A stretch of DNA of 22,399 nt, from contig JBHHYI010000064.1 in assembly GCA_046757525.1 (NCBI GenBank), forward strand, positions 1-22,399, in the 5' to 3' direction. Source of the stretch: a bacterium (GTDB lineage: Bacteria; Zhuqueibacterota; Zhuqueibacteria; Oceanimicrobiales; Oceanimicrobiaceae). Within the stretch, counting starts at the first letter, position 1; every line of letters starts with the position of its first letter. A program made the translations under genes and the position numbers. Shown here one piece after another: positions 1-8,508 of the stretch. Under the pieces are notes generated by a model. It had not been told where the DNA came from, did not search any database, and saw only the letters and a program-made list of their open reading frames with translations.

Positions 1-771
1 CTCATTGGCAAGGCAAAAGATGTGGATGGGTCGGATAATATTACCGCCGCCGTGGCCAGAATCAACCAGGACAGCGACAACACGCCTGTGATTGGCATTT
101 CAACGACCGTGGCCATGGAAAATGACCTGGTGTTGGCCGAAGAGGACAGGTTCATTCAGGAGCGATTTGGAGAACAATACGTCAAGTTGTTCAACTATCC
201 GAAAGAAAAGGCTGCTCCTAAGGTTGAAATGTCCGAGCAAAAACAAAAGGACGACCAGAATCTCAAGTTGGTCGACGACTCGTATCGTCCCTTTGGAAGT
301 CGTTTCATGCCTGCTGTGCTTGGGTTGGCCATATTAATGGCCGTCGTCGGTTTTGTGGTAGGGCGGTATTTAGCGCCGGTTGATTTTGAACCCAACGGAC
401 ATTTGAACAGCCAGAGCCAGAGAGGAATTAATCACCTACCTTATTTGAAAAATAGATCAAACCTGGCTTTGCCAGTCAACAGGTTCAAGGATAAAGGCGA
501 AGCCCTGGCAGCGGTCCCGTCTTTTTCACCCAAGCAGCGTTCCCCGGTGAGCAAAGATGCGGTGTTAGCCCTGGTGTTTTTCAATAGCCTGGAAGAATTT
601 GAAAGGAGTGAATTAGACAAACGGTCGCTGGTTCTGGATAGTTTTTACCCCTATTTCAATAACCCGGCCTTTGAAATTATGGAGGGCAGATTGTCGTTGT
701 TTCTCATAGACGATGCAAACAACGTCCTCCACCAAAAAACCGACGTGAAACTGCCTTTGCTGCCGGAATGA
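1..771 (+). CDS. 5'-truncated PP2C/PPM-family (Stp1/PrpC-like) Ser/Thr phosphatase: end of catalytic domain, linker, TM helix and extracytoplasmic tail
   Basis: The frame is open from base 1. It reads LIGKAKDVDGSDNITAAVARI, resembling the last PP2C motif (LIxxAxxxGGxDNITVVVV). A later hydrophobic stretch, FMPAVLGLAILMAVVGFVVG, looks like a TM helix. It lies next to a kinase-like gene. Confidence 0.65.
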   Translation, partial: LIGKAKDVDGSDNITAAVARINQDSDNTPVIGISTTVAMENDLVLAEEDRFIQERFGEQYVKLFNYPKEKAAPKVEMSEQKQKDDQNLKLVDDSYRPFGSRFMPAVLGLAILMAVVGFVVGRYLAPVDFEPNGHLNSQSQRGINHLPYLKNRSNLALPVNRFKDKGEALAAVPSFSPKQRSPVSKDAVLALVFFNSLEEFERSELDKRSLVLDSFYPYFNNPAFEIMEGRLSLFLIDDANNVLHQKTDVKLPLLPE

Positions 772-859
772 CAGTGAGGATCACGGCCGATGGGCTTTTC
801 AGGGGTTGCTGTTTTAAAGATTCTGGGATTATTTACATTCAAAAGGGTGGCAACATCAA

Positions 860-1258
860 ATGATATTCATCGTTCTGCCAATGGTACTCATAGCCCTTTT
901 CCTGGGCGTGGGCGTGATCTGGTTTTCTCCGGAAATCAAGGTTAAGTTTTATTTGTGGCGCGGCAACAACCGCAAAGCCCGGAAGTTGCTGGAATACCTT
1001 TTGGAGCAGGATCCGCAGCGGATCAATTTGTACACTTCCCTGGCCGAGATTTACTATTCTGAAAATCGCATTGACAAAAAGGCCCTGAAATTGTTCGATC
1101 TCATTCTTAAATTGCAGGTACCTTTTCAGTGGAAGAAAGAGATATTGCCTCTGGTCGCAAAATACTATATCGCGGAAGGGAGAACGGATTCGGAAGCAAC
1201 ACAACTTATCGAAAGGGCAGTTGCAAACGAGTTAGAAATCGTAAACCAGCAACGTTAA
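860..1258 (+). CDS. Small membrane-anchored TPR-like protein
   Basis: 132 aa. The N-terminus is hydrophobic (MIFIVLPMVLIALFLGVGVIWF), followed by a TPR-like helix pair (ARKLLEYLLEQDPQRINLYTSLAEIY). Confidence 0.7.
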   Translation: MIFIVLPMVLIALFLGVGVIWFSPEIKVKFYLWRGNNRKARKLLEYLLEQDPQRINLYTSLAEIYYSENRIDKKALKLFDLILKLQVPFQWKKEILPLVAKYYIAEGRTDSEATQLIERAVANELEIVNQQR

Positions 1259-1280
1259 CCAATTAAAAACTCTTGTTTCT

Positions 1281-3773
1281 ATGACTCTGTCATCTGAAGG
1301 AAATAGACAAAACGACCTGTATGAAATGTTGATGTATTTGGGCGACACCTATTTGGAAAAAGGCCTTGCAGCAGAAGCCGCAAAGAAATACGAGCTGTTA
1401 ATCGAGCTGAATTACAAGAACAAGGGGGTCTATTCCAATTTAAGTAAAGCTCTGATCGCTTTGAAGCGATTCGACAAAAATGCGTTCGAGATTTATCAAC
1501 AAGCCATCGAGTACGAACCGGACAATGCCAAGCTGAGCAACATTCTGGCGGTGTCCTACTTGAAAGAGGGTCGGGAAGATTACCAGGCTGTGCAAATCTA
1601 TGAGCTGGCCGCGAGACATCAGACGCCAGTCTTTGACAAGTTATCGGAGTTCCTGGGGACCATCTATTTCAAACACAGAGACTTTCCCAAATGCAAGCAA
1701 GTCACTGAAACCCTACTCAGGAAAAGTGGTTTTCGACCTCAGGCTTTTCATTTGTTCTTGCAGAGCTGCTGGCGCCTGGTCGAGTTTGACGATGCCATCG
1801 CCCAAATCAAAACGCTCTTGCACACAGCCGAAAACAAGTTTATACTTTTGAGGTACCTGTGCATTACTTATCTGGAAAAGAAATTTGCCCTGGAAAACCA
1901 GGACCAAAAAGTAAGATTCAGTTCCCTGGACAGAAGACTGATTATCGATTATCTAAGAAACAATGCCACCTTCGAACGCTTGCACGATCTGAGCCTCTAT
2001 TTGGACTTGAGACGAATATTGAATGAAAGCGAATATTGGGAAGACAGAGGCACTGCCGCAGGCGAAGTAGCCGAGAGCGCTCTCGTTTATCAGTCTATGG
2101 AAGAGTTTGCAGACTACCAGGAAGAAGGGAAAACCTACGCCCCGAAATTCACAAATGCGATGGGCGACATCCTTGGCAAGCTGAGCTCTTTTGAAGACTT
2201 GTCAGGAATCAGTGTGGGCGCACGTTCCAGTCTCACCTATGAAGACTTTCAAGAAAAAGGTCTCAACATTTTCTCCGATGCTGACACAGAGTCGAAAAAG
2301 CTGGGTCTGCCGGAGAATGTGGAAATCCTGATTACCATAGAATTTGCCCAATATGACCAACTTCTGGTGAGTTTCGGCATTCAGCAGGTGGAGCAAGTTA
2401 GAAAGAGACTGTTTGCCATCTTAACGGATCTTTTGGCCCAATACCAATTTAGTTATATTTGGGGCACCAACAACGGATTGTTGATTTTCACCAGCGGGAT
2501 TGTTCCCGCAGTGGCATTTGCTACGGAGCTGCAAAACAAATTGAATCGGTACAATTACTCCAGCGAACCGAAAGATGAGATTCATATCGCCATCGGTATT
2601 CACCACGCCCGTAATACGCTTGACGAGCTGAGTGAAACAACGATAAGAGAACTGACCATTGGCCTCAAGTTGGGGATCGATAATGTCTGGGATTTGCCGG
2701 GTGAAATCAAGCCAGAATACACCAAAATATTCAGAAAAGCGGGTCGCATTTTTCTGAGCGGAAAAGCCTATCGGGAGATCAAAAGTTCCAACAGGTTTAA
2801 AGTGAATACCGTCGGACAATTCCGGGTAAAGTATCTCAGCGAATCGTTGAGTTTTCACGAAGTGGTGTGGCGCAATCCCCTGGATGTGCTGCGATTCGGC
2901 AACATCAGGCGGCTGGGGCGCTTTGACCTGCTGGCTGAACTGAACAGCAAAGGCCTTTTTAGAGTCTACAAAGCCAAGGATTCGGTTCTGCATCGCATGG
3001 TTCTGCTCAAAGTGGTGCAGTCGGAAGCGTTCAATGAATTGGCCGTCAACAGCGAAGCCAAACGAGATTTTTGCAGACTGGCCAAGGCCCACGGCAGCGT
3101 GAGTCACCCCAACATCGCCAATATTTACGAGGTCGATGAGGACGAAGGGTTGACTTATATTGCGCGTGAGTTCGTCGAAGGTGTGCCGATCACAGAGCTG
3201 TTCAAGGATTTTGCCCAGTTCAATGCGCAACGGCTCTTGCAATTCATTTTGCACATCTGCAAAGGACTGAACTATTGCCACCAGTTAGGACTTTACCACT
3301 TGAACCTCAAGCCCAACAACATTCGTGTCGGGTCGTATGATGAAATCAAGATCATGGATTATCTGGTGCCGCGAGAGCTTTTTAGCGACCAGGGCAAGCT
3401 CGAAGAAGACGTCAAGGGCTATGCTTACCACTCCCCAGAACAGGTTCAAAACGCGCCAATGGATGGCAGGAGCGACATCTTTTCCTTAGGCGTAATCCTG
3501 TACCAATTGGTGACGCAAATCAACCCTTTTGCCGGTACATTTATTGAAGATATTCGAGAGGCTATTTTGTACAAAAAACACCAACTGCCTACGAAAATCA
3601 ACAACCAGTTGCCGAAGTTCCTCGAAGCGCTTATACTGAAATGTTTGGAAAAGAAACCGGAGCAGCGATATCAAACGGTGTATGAAATAATCTCGGATGT
3701 GAAAAGAGCTTTTAGCCGTGGGGTGCTTTCCAACTTCAACTACCACGTCGCACAGTCGAGAAACTCAAGTTGA
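1281..3773 (+). CDS. Multidomain protein: N-terminal TPRs + degenerate class III nucleotide cyclase domain + Hanks-type Ser/Thr (pseudo)kinase domain
   Basis: 830 aa. TPR patterns: YQQAIEYEPDNAKLSNILAVSYL. Cyclase-like segments at ~2322-2870: AVAFATELQ, IHIAIGIHH, GRIFLSGKAY, VGQFRVK. Kinase segments at ~2922-3710: HPNIANIYEV, EFVEG, LKPNNI, SPEQ, DGRSDIFSLGVILY, KCLEKKPEQRY. Confidence 0.85.
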   Translation: MTLSSEGNRQNDLYEMLMYLGDTYLEKGLAAEAAKKYELLIELNYKNKGVYSNLSKALIALKRFDKNAFEIYQQAIEYEPDNAKLSNILAVSYLKEGREDYQAVQIYELAARHQTPVFDKLSEFLGTIYFKHRDFPKCKQVTETLLRKSGFRPQAFHLFLQSCWRLVEFDDAIAQIKTLLHTAENKFILLRYLCITYLEKKFALENQDQKVRFSSLDRRLIIDYLRNNATFERLHDLSLYLDLRRILNESEYWEDRGTAAGEVAESALVYQSMEEFADYQEEGKTYAPKFTNAMGDILGKLSSFEDLSGISVGARSSLTYEDFQEKGLNIFSDADTESKKLGLPENVEILITIEFAQYDQLLVSFGIQQVEQVRKRLFAILTDLLAQYQFSYIWGTNNGLLIFTSGIVPAVAFATELQNKLNRYNYSSEPKDEIHIAIGIHHARNTLDELSETTIRELTIGLKLGIDNVWDLPGEIKPEYTKIFRKAGRIFLSGKAYREIKSSNRFKVNTVGQFRVKYLSESLSFHEVVWRNPLDVLRFGNIRRLGRFDLLAELNSKGLFRVYKAKDSVLHRMVLLKVVQSEAFNELAVNSEAKRDFCRLAKAHGSVSHPNIANIYEVDEDEGLTYIAREFVEGVPITELFKDFAQFNAQRLLQFILHICKGLNYCHQLGLYHLNLKPNNIRVGSYDEIKIMDYLVPRELFSDQGKLEEDVKGYAYHSPEQVQNAPMDGRSDIFSLGVILYQLVTQINPFAGTFIEDIREAILYKKHQLPTKINNQLPKFLEALILKCLEKKPEQRYQTVYEIISDVKRAFSRGVLSNFNYHVAQSRNSS

Positions 3774-3812
3774 CTTACATGATTCCAGGGGCAACTAAAT
3801 TAATGGAACGGG

Positions 3813-3858
3813 GGCCACCGGACCATAGAGGAGGTGATGACAGCCCAAATCGGTGGCT
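3813..3858 (+). promoter_or_regulatory. Stem-loop in the 5' region of the pilin gene, with GGAGGTGAT in its loop
   Basis: GCCACCG (3814-3820) pairs with CGGTGGC (3851-3857), extendable by G-U pairs. GGAGGTGAT is at 3830-3838. Confidence 0.35.
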
Positions 3859-3916
3859 ATTGAATTTTGTAACGGACTATAAACTGATTCTAAACTAAGA
3901 AAAAGGAGCTACAACC

Positions 3917-4318
3917 ATGGGACAACAACAACTATTATTGCTGGTCCTGGCCGCTGTTATCGTCGGTATTTCAGTGGTGGTCGGATTCAACATGTTCTCG
4001 TCCAGTGCTGTACAGTCAAACCAGGACGCCATAGTTCAACATGTAATGACGATTGGTGCGAAAGCGCAGGAGTGGTACCGCAAGCCTGCCGCCATGGGAG
4101 GAGGCGGTCAATCCTTTACAGGTCTAACCTTAGCTGCTCTCAATGTTAGTCCTTCAAATGTAGACGCTGATACTCTATTTATTGCTCCGACAGCAACGGA
4201 TGTGACCGTTACCGCGGTTGGCAAAGAGGATGGCGACGGCGATGGCACTAACGTAACAGTACAGGCGGTATTTGACAAAGATGGTGTAAAAACCAATCTA
4301 GCAGTCACTAACAAATGA
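3917..4318 (+). CDS. Probable major type IV pilin-like protein without a leader peptide
   Basis: 133 aa. MGQQQ is followed by a ~20-aa hydrophobic helix, an amphipathic helix and a beta-rich head. It has a strong SD (AAGGAG 3903-3908), is first in the pilus cluster and is followed by a large hairpin. Confidence 0.75.
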   Translation: MGQQQLLLLVLAAVIVGISVVVGFNMFSSSAVQSNQDAIVQHVMTIGAKAQEWYRKPAAMGGGGQSFTGLTLAALNVSPSNVDADTLFIAPTATDVTVTAVGKEDGDGDGTNVTVQAVFDKDGVKTNLAVTNK

Positions 4319-4386
4319 TCCTAATCAGGTAACACGGATCAAGGCATGTCTCCAACCTTAACTTATGTTTTGGTTGATTCTGAACT

Positions 4387-4476
4387 TGGCATAAAAAAGC
4401 TAACCTTCTGAATAGTTGAGTCAGTCTGTTCATAATGAAAAGGTTTTCCTATTCGAAGGAGGTTAGCTTTTTGCCA
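4387..4476. terminator. Long imperfect inverted repeat between pilin and pilC (terminator or mRNA-stabilising hairpin)
   Basis: TGGCATAAAAAAGCTAACCTTCTGAATAG (4387-4415) versus CTATTCGAAGGAGGTTAGCTTTTTGCCA (4449-4476). The perfect core is AAAAAGCTAACC/GGTTAGCTTTTT. Confidence 0.55.
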
Positions 4477-4681
4477 TGTCCGGTTAGCTCTGAAAAATCC
4501 AAGTCCGGTCTGCAGATGTCATCGCGAGCGTTTTCCATCAGAAAAGAAGGAGATGGTTTGCGCCAGAAGGCGGGTCGTAATGACGAACAAACGCTCTGCC
4601 GAGCTGACTGGACAGCCCAATTTACAATGTTCTACCTTATTAGGGTTTGCTCAATTTAGCAGCAAAAAGCAAGGTACCAGT

Positions 4682-6025
4682 ATGCCAGAATTTCGATACA
4701 TAGGCGTCAACGTAGCGGGTAAACCGATCCAGGGAATCATCTCGGGTCAGGACAGCAGGGCGGTCAAAAACCGCATCAAACAGATCGTTCAAGCCAAAGG
4801 CGTGCGCATCGACGCTATCCAGAAGAAGACGACTTTTCTCTACAAGGTGCAAAAGGGGCTGGACAAACCGGTCACCGGTGAACAAAAGGCGTTTTCCAAA
4901 GAGGAACTCAAGAACGCCTTGCTGAAGATGGGCTTCAAAGTCCATTATGTGCGAAAAAAATGGTTTGATTTCAGTCTCGGTGTGCCCAACAAGGAGATCG
5001 TTTTGTTTATCCGTATTTGTGCCGATCTGCTGCGCGAGAAGTTCCCGTACGACGAAATATTGAGTCTGGTTGTCAACGATACCGAGAACAAGAAGCTGCG
5101 CGAGACCATTCGTGAAATGCAGAAAGACTTGAAATCGGGTAAGGAGGGTCAGGAAGTTTACGGCAAACATGCGGATGTGCTGGGCAAATTTACTGCGCAC
5201 ATGCTGGCGGTGGCCTCTACCAGCGGTAACATGGCCGCCTTGTATGAAAGCACCGCCAAGTTCCTGGAGCGCTACGAAGAATTCAAACGCAATCTGCGCA
5301 CCATTCTTTACATGCCAATCATGGTAACCCTGGGCATGATTGGTGCTACGGGTTTTTACGTCATGTACATTTTTCCCAAGTTAACCAACCTGTTAGTCAA
5401 GTACAGAATTGAAATCCCGCCGATGACCCGGGCTACGCTCACTCTGAGCAACTTTCTACAAAGCTACTATTTGATCATTCTAACAGCCGTCGTCGTGCCG
5501 CTTGTCTTTTTCTTCAGATGGGCACGCAGCGAGAGGGGCAAATATGTCATCGACCAGTATCTGATCAGAGTACCATACGTCGGGCCAATTTTGCACAAAA
5601 ACAGCATTGAAATCTTCGCCAGGGTATTTCATGCGCTTTACAGCAGTTCCGGAGAAAACATTCAGGCAATCAGAATCGCTGCTGAATCATGCAACAATAA
5701 ATATATCGAAAAGCAACTGGTCAATTTTGTGATTCCATCCATGTTGAAGGAAGGAAGGAGCCTGGTAGAAAGTCTTGCGCGCACCAACTGTTTTACCTTG
5801 AATGCCATTCGCAGGTTCAAATCGGGCGAGGAGTCCGGCACGTTGCGGGAAAGTGCGCGCCAGCTTGCCAACTATTACGAAGCGGAAACCTCGCATAAAA
5901 TGAAACGCCTGGTAGATATGGTCAATGTGATCATTTCAGTAATAATATCGCTTATGATAGTCATGCTAACTCTAATCTCATCGGAAATTGGATTTGTCAG
6001 TCCACCAACGCCATTGATGAAATAA
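4682..6025 (+). CDS. pilC: Type IV pilus inner-membrane platform protein PilC (GspF family)
   Basis: Start moved to ATG 4682 (MPEFRY, a typical PilC N-terminus). Two T2SSF repeats, IPPMTR, three TM segments, VPYVGPI and GEESGTL. Confidence 0.9.
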   Translation: MPEFRYIGVNVAGKPIQGIISGQDSRAVKNRIKQIVQAKGVRIDAIQKKTTFLYKVQKGLDKPVTGEQKAFSKEELKNALLKMGFKVHYVRKKWFDFSLGVPNKEIVLFIRICADLLREKFPYDEILSLVVNDTENKKLRETIREMQKDLKSGKEGQEVYGKHADVLGKFTAHMLAVASTSGNMAALYESTAKFLERYEEFKRNLRTILYMPIMVTLGMIGATGFYVMYIFPKLTNLLVKYRIEIPPMTRATLTLSNFLQSYYLIILTAVVVPLVFFFRWARSERGKYVIDQYLIRVPYVGPILHKNSIEIFARVFHALYSSSGENIQAIRIAAESCNNKYIEKQLVNFVIPSMLKEGRSLVESLARTNCFTLNAIRRFKSGEESGTLRESARQLANYYEAETSHKMKRLVDMVNVIISVIISLMIVMLTLISSEIGFVSPPTPLMK

Positions 6026-6027
6026 TT

Positions 6028-7839
6028 ATGAACAGCCAAATAGAAACTGCTACGACCGTCTTGCCGAAAAGTCTCAACCGTTTGACCCGTGCGCTGGTCA
6101 GTCGCGGTCTTGTAAGCGAGGAGATGATTCAGCGAGCCCTGGCCATTCAGAGCCGGGAGCCCCGCAATGCGAAGCGCAAGATCACGGAGATTTTGATCGA
6201 GGACCTGAATGTGGACCGTGATGCTATTTACCGGGAATTGGTGCGCCTGTACGGGTTTCAAACCATCAGTTTAGACGAAGAAAAGGTCAACAAAGACCGG
6301 ATTGATTTTATCAAAGACATCATCTACGGTCTGCCGGAATCCCTCTACAGCGAGTTTCTCAAGAAGAAAATATTGCCGTTCAAATGGCACGAATACAAGA
6401 GAGGCGTGCTGGTGCTGGTGACGCCGGACCCCACGGATCTGGAATTGCCGGAACTGGCGAAGAAATTAGATTGTGCTGATTTTGACATTGCTTATACGCC
6501 ATTAGATGAAATAGATGCGCTTATTCAAAAAGTCTTTTACACTAAGAATGAGTTCCTTCAGAAGATCTTCGACGAATCGCAAGAAGTTGAAATTCTCGAT
6601 GACGATTCCAAACAAGTGGACGAAGAAGCGTTAGACGCAGAAATCAACAAAAGCCGTCTGACCAATCTCATTGAAGGCATGCTGGTGGAAGCGGTGCGCA
6701 AAGGAGCCAGCGACATTCACCTCATTCCGCGGGAAGGGAACACGACCGACATCTATTTGCGCTTCGACGGCAAACTGCAGCTCTGGTATTCCCAGAGCGA
6801 GATCAAACCGGAAGCAGTGGTCGCGGTGGTCAAAGACCGGGCCATGAATATCGACCGCTTCGACCGTTCGGTGGCGCAGGACGGCTACATTCAGCGCAAA
6901 ATAGACGGCTGTTACATTCGCTTTCGGGTATCGGTGATTCCCATCGTTGGCCTGGAATTTGACCGTCGTTTTGAGAGCGTGGTCCTCCGCATCCTCGATG
7001 ACCGCAAAGTCATCACCGATTTGGAGAAGCTCGGCTTGCAGAGTCAGGCTTTGCGGGACTTTAAAGCAGCCATCGAGCAGCCGCAGGGCATGGTCATTCT
7101 TACCGGTCCCACGGGCAGCGGCAAAAGCACCACGTTGGTGGCAGCCCTCAGCCATGTCATGGATCCCAGCGTAAATGTTTTGACCGTCGAAGAGCCGGTG
7201 GAATACATCATCGGTGGTGCGCGTCAGTTGAAGCTGAGTCCGAAGCTCACTTTCGACTCTGCACTGCGATCCATTTTGCGCCACGATCCGGATATCGTGA
7301 TGGTGGGCGAGATTCGCGACTTGAAGTCTGCGGAGATCGCCATCTCGTTAGCCAACACCGGCCATCTGACTTTTTCCACGCTGCACACCAACGATGCTCC
7401 CAGCGCCATCTCGCGCCTCTACATGCTGGGTGTGGAACCGTTCTTGATCGCTAATGCCATCAACCTGGTGATGGCGCAACGGTTGGTGCGCAAACTTTGC
7501 CCCGACTGCAAGCAAGCCGACCCAAACCCGGACCCGGACTTACTGCTGCGCATTGGATTTTCCAAACAAGAGATCGCCAACACCACATTTTATCAACCCG
7601 TGGGCTGTGACCGCTGCTTCGAAGGCTACAAGGGCAGAATCGCCATTTCGGAAGCATTGCTTTTCACTAAGGAAATCCGCCAGGAGATCATCAGAGCTGC
7701 AGGGGAAGTGGATGAAGACGCTGTCAGACAAATCGGCATGAAAAACAGCATGATGACCCTGCGTGATTCGGGCAAGGAAAGAATCAAGGAAGGCATAACC
7801 ACCTTGCGGGAAGTCATCGAAACCACCATGGAAATTTAG
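6028..7839 (+). CDS. pilB: Type IV pilus assembly ATPase PilB (GspE/PulE family)
   Basis: ASDIHL, Walker A GPTGSGKST, Asp box VEEPVE, Walker B LRHDPDIVMVGEIRD, His box TGHLTFSTLHTN, AQRLVRKLC, Zn-binding CPDC...CDRC, GYKGR. Confidence 0.95.
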   Translation: MNSQIETATTVLPKSLNRLTRALVSRGLVSEEMIQRALAIQSREPRNAKRKITEILIEDLNVDRDAIYRELVRLYGFQTISLDEEKVNKDRIDFIKDIIYGLPESLYSEFLKKKILPFKWHEYKRGVLVLVTPDPTDLELPELAKKLDCADFDIAYTPLDEIDALIQKVFYTKNEFLQKIFDESQEVEILDDDSKQVDEEALDAEINKSRLTNLIEGMLVEAVRKGASDIHLIPREGNTTDIYLRFDGKLQLWYSQSEIKPEAVVAVVKDRAMNIDRFDRSVAQDGYIQRKIDGCYIRFRVSVIPIVGLEFDRRFESVVLRILDDRKVITDLEKLGLQSQALRDFKAAIEQPQGMVILTGPTGSGKSTTLVAALSHVMDPSVNVLTVEEPVEYIIGGARQLKLSPKLTFDSALRSILRHDPDIVMVGEIRDLKSAEIAISLANTGHLTFSTLHTNDAPSAISRLYMLGVEPFLIANAINLVMAQRLVRKLCPDCKQADPNPDPDLLLRIGFSKQEIANTTFYQPVGCDRCFEGYKGRIAISEALLFTKEIRQEIIRAAGEVDEDAVRQIGMKNSMMTLRDSGKERIKEGITTLREVIETTMEI

Positions 7840-7852
7840 GGACAAATGTGAC

Positions 7853-8344
7853 ATGGGACAGCGAGAGCTTTTACTCATGATCGGTGCTATCATGATTTTT
7901 GGCATCACGGTGCTTACAACCAATCAGTATGTGGTCGACCAGAATGAGGCTGCTTTGCGGCGGGAGTTCGAGTATTATTCCATTTCCCTGGCGCAGTCCT
8001 ACATTGAAGAAGGAAAAACCAAAGCCTTCGATGCCAATGTCATCGATGCCTCGCCTCTGGTTCCGAGCGGTTTTACCGGGTCAGGTGCATTGGGGCCTGA
8101 GGCCGGCGAAGTTTATCCGGGCTTCGACGATGTGGATGACTTCAACGGGTTGACCGCTGTGGATTCGACCAAAAGGTCTGTTTTTTACGCGAGCATTCAA
8201 GTCGGCTACGTCCAGGAGGCTGATCCGGAAACCGTGGTAGGAACAAAAACCTTTTACAAGAAGATGACGGTGTCGGTAACAGACAGCAGTTACATGGATT
8301 CGCCCGCTCAATTGAGCTACGTGTTTGGGTATATGAAAAATTAG
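7853..8344 (+). CDS. Minor pilin-like protein (MshD/PilV-like), leaderless
   Basis: MGQRELLL plus a hydrophobic helix, LAQSYIEE, FDDVDDFNG (resembles the MshD-type motif) and KKMTVSV. Confidence 0.7.
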   Translation: MGQRELLLMIGAIMIFGITVLTTNQYVVDQNEAALRREFEYYSISLAQSYIEEGKTKAFDANVIDASPLVPSGFTGSGALGPEAGEVYPGFDDVDDFNGLTAVDSTKRSVFYASIQVGYVQEADPETVVGTKTFYKKMTVSVTDSSYMDSPAQLSYVFGYMKN

Positions 8345-8369
8345 GATTGACATCTTTGTTCTTTGCCAA

Positions 8370-8483
8370 AAGCACTGAGCGAGTCATCCCGAGTAGGTCA
8401 CTGCTTTTCAAGTGACCGTATCGAGGGGTGACGGGCTTCGATACGTCCCGAGCCAAAAGCGGTCGGAACTACTCAGGACGACT
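8370..8483 (+). repeat. Repeat family A, copy 1 (four-way-junction palindromic element)
   Basis: Near-identical to 19357-19476 and 22179-22299, with a short deletion in the third stem. Confidence 0.9.
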
Positions 8484-8508
8484 GACAGGGTCGTCTCTGA
8501 CGACAACC

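Noticed and set aside
22..24. GTG start for the first ORF
   Set aside because: The frame is open to the window edge and begins inside a PP2C-like motif, so the gene is truncated.
2421..3281. 286-aa minus-strand ORF
   Set aside because: It lies antisense inside the well-supported kinase-like gene and has no recognisable motifs.
3788..3846. c-di-GMP-I riboswitch before the pilin (GGCAA...ATGACAGCC)
   Set aside because: It lacks the GAAA-capped P2 stem and the GACGCAAA segment, so it cannot be supported without an Rfam scan.
4386..4402. Sigma54 promoter-like TTGGCATAAAAAAGCTA
   Set aside because: The spacing is GG-N9-GC rather than GG-N10-GC, and it is one arm of an inverted repeat.
4553..4681. 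N-terminal extension of PilC in the ORF track; similar extensions at 14663, 20135 and 21515
   Set aside because: Family-typical N-termini and SD positions favour the downstream starts 4682, 14720, 20231 and 21563.
8370..8483. tRNA or CRISPR interpretation of repeat family A
   Set aside because: There is no T-loop, D-loop or CCA. The copies are dispersed rather than regularly spaced with unique spacers, and there are no cas genes.
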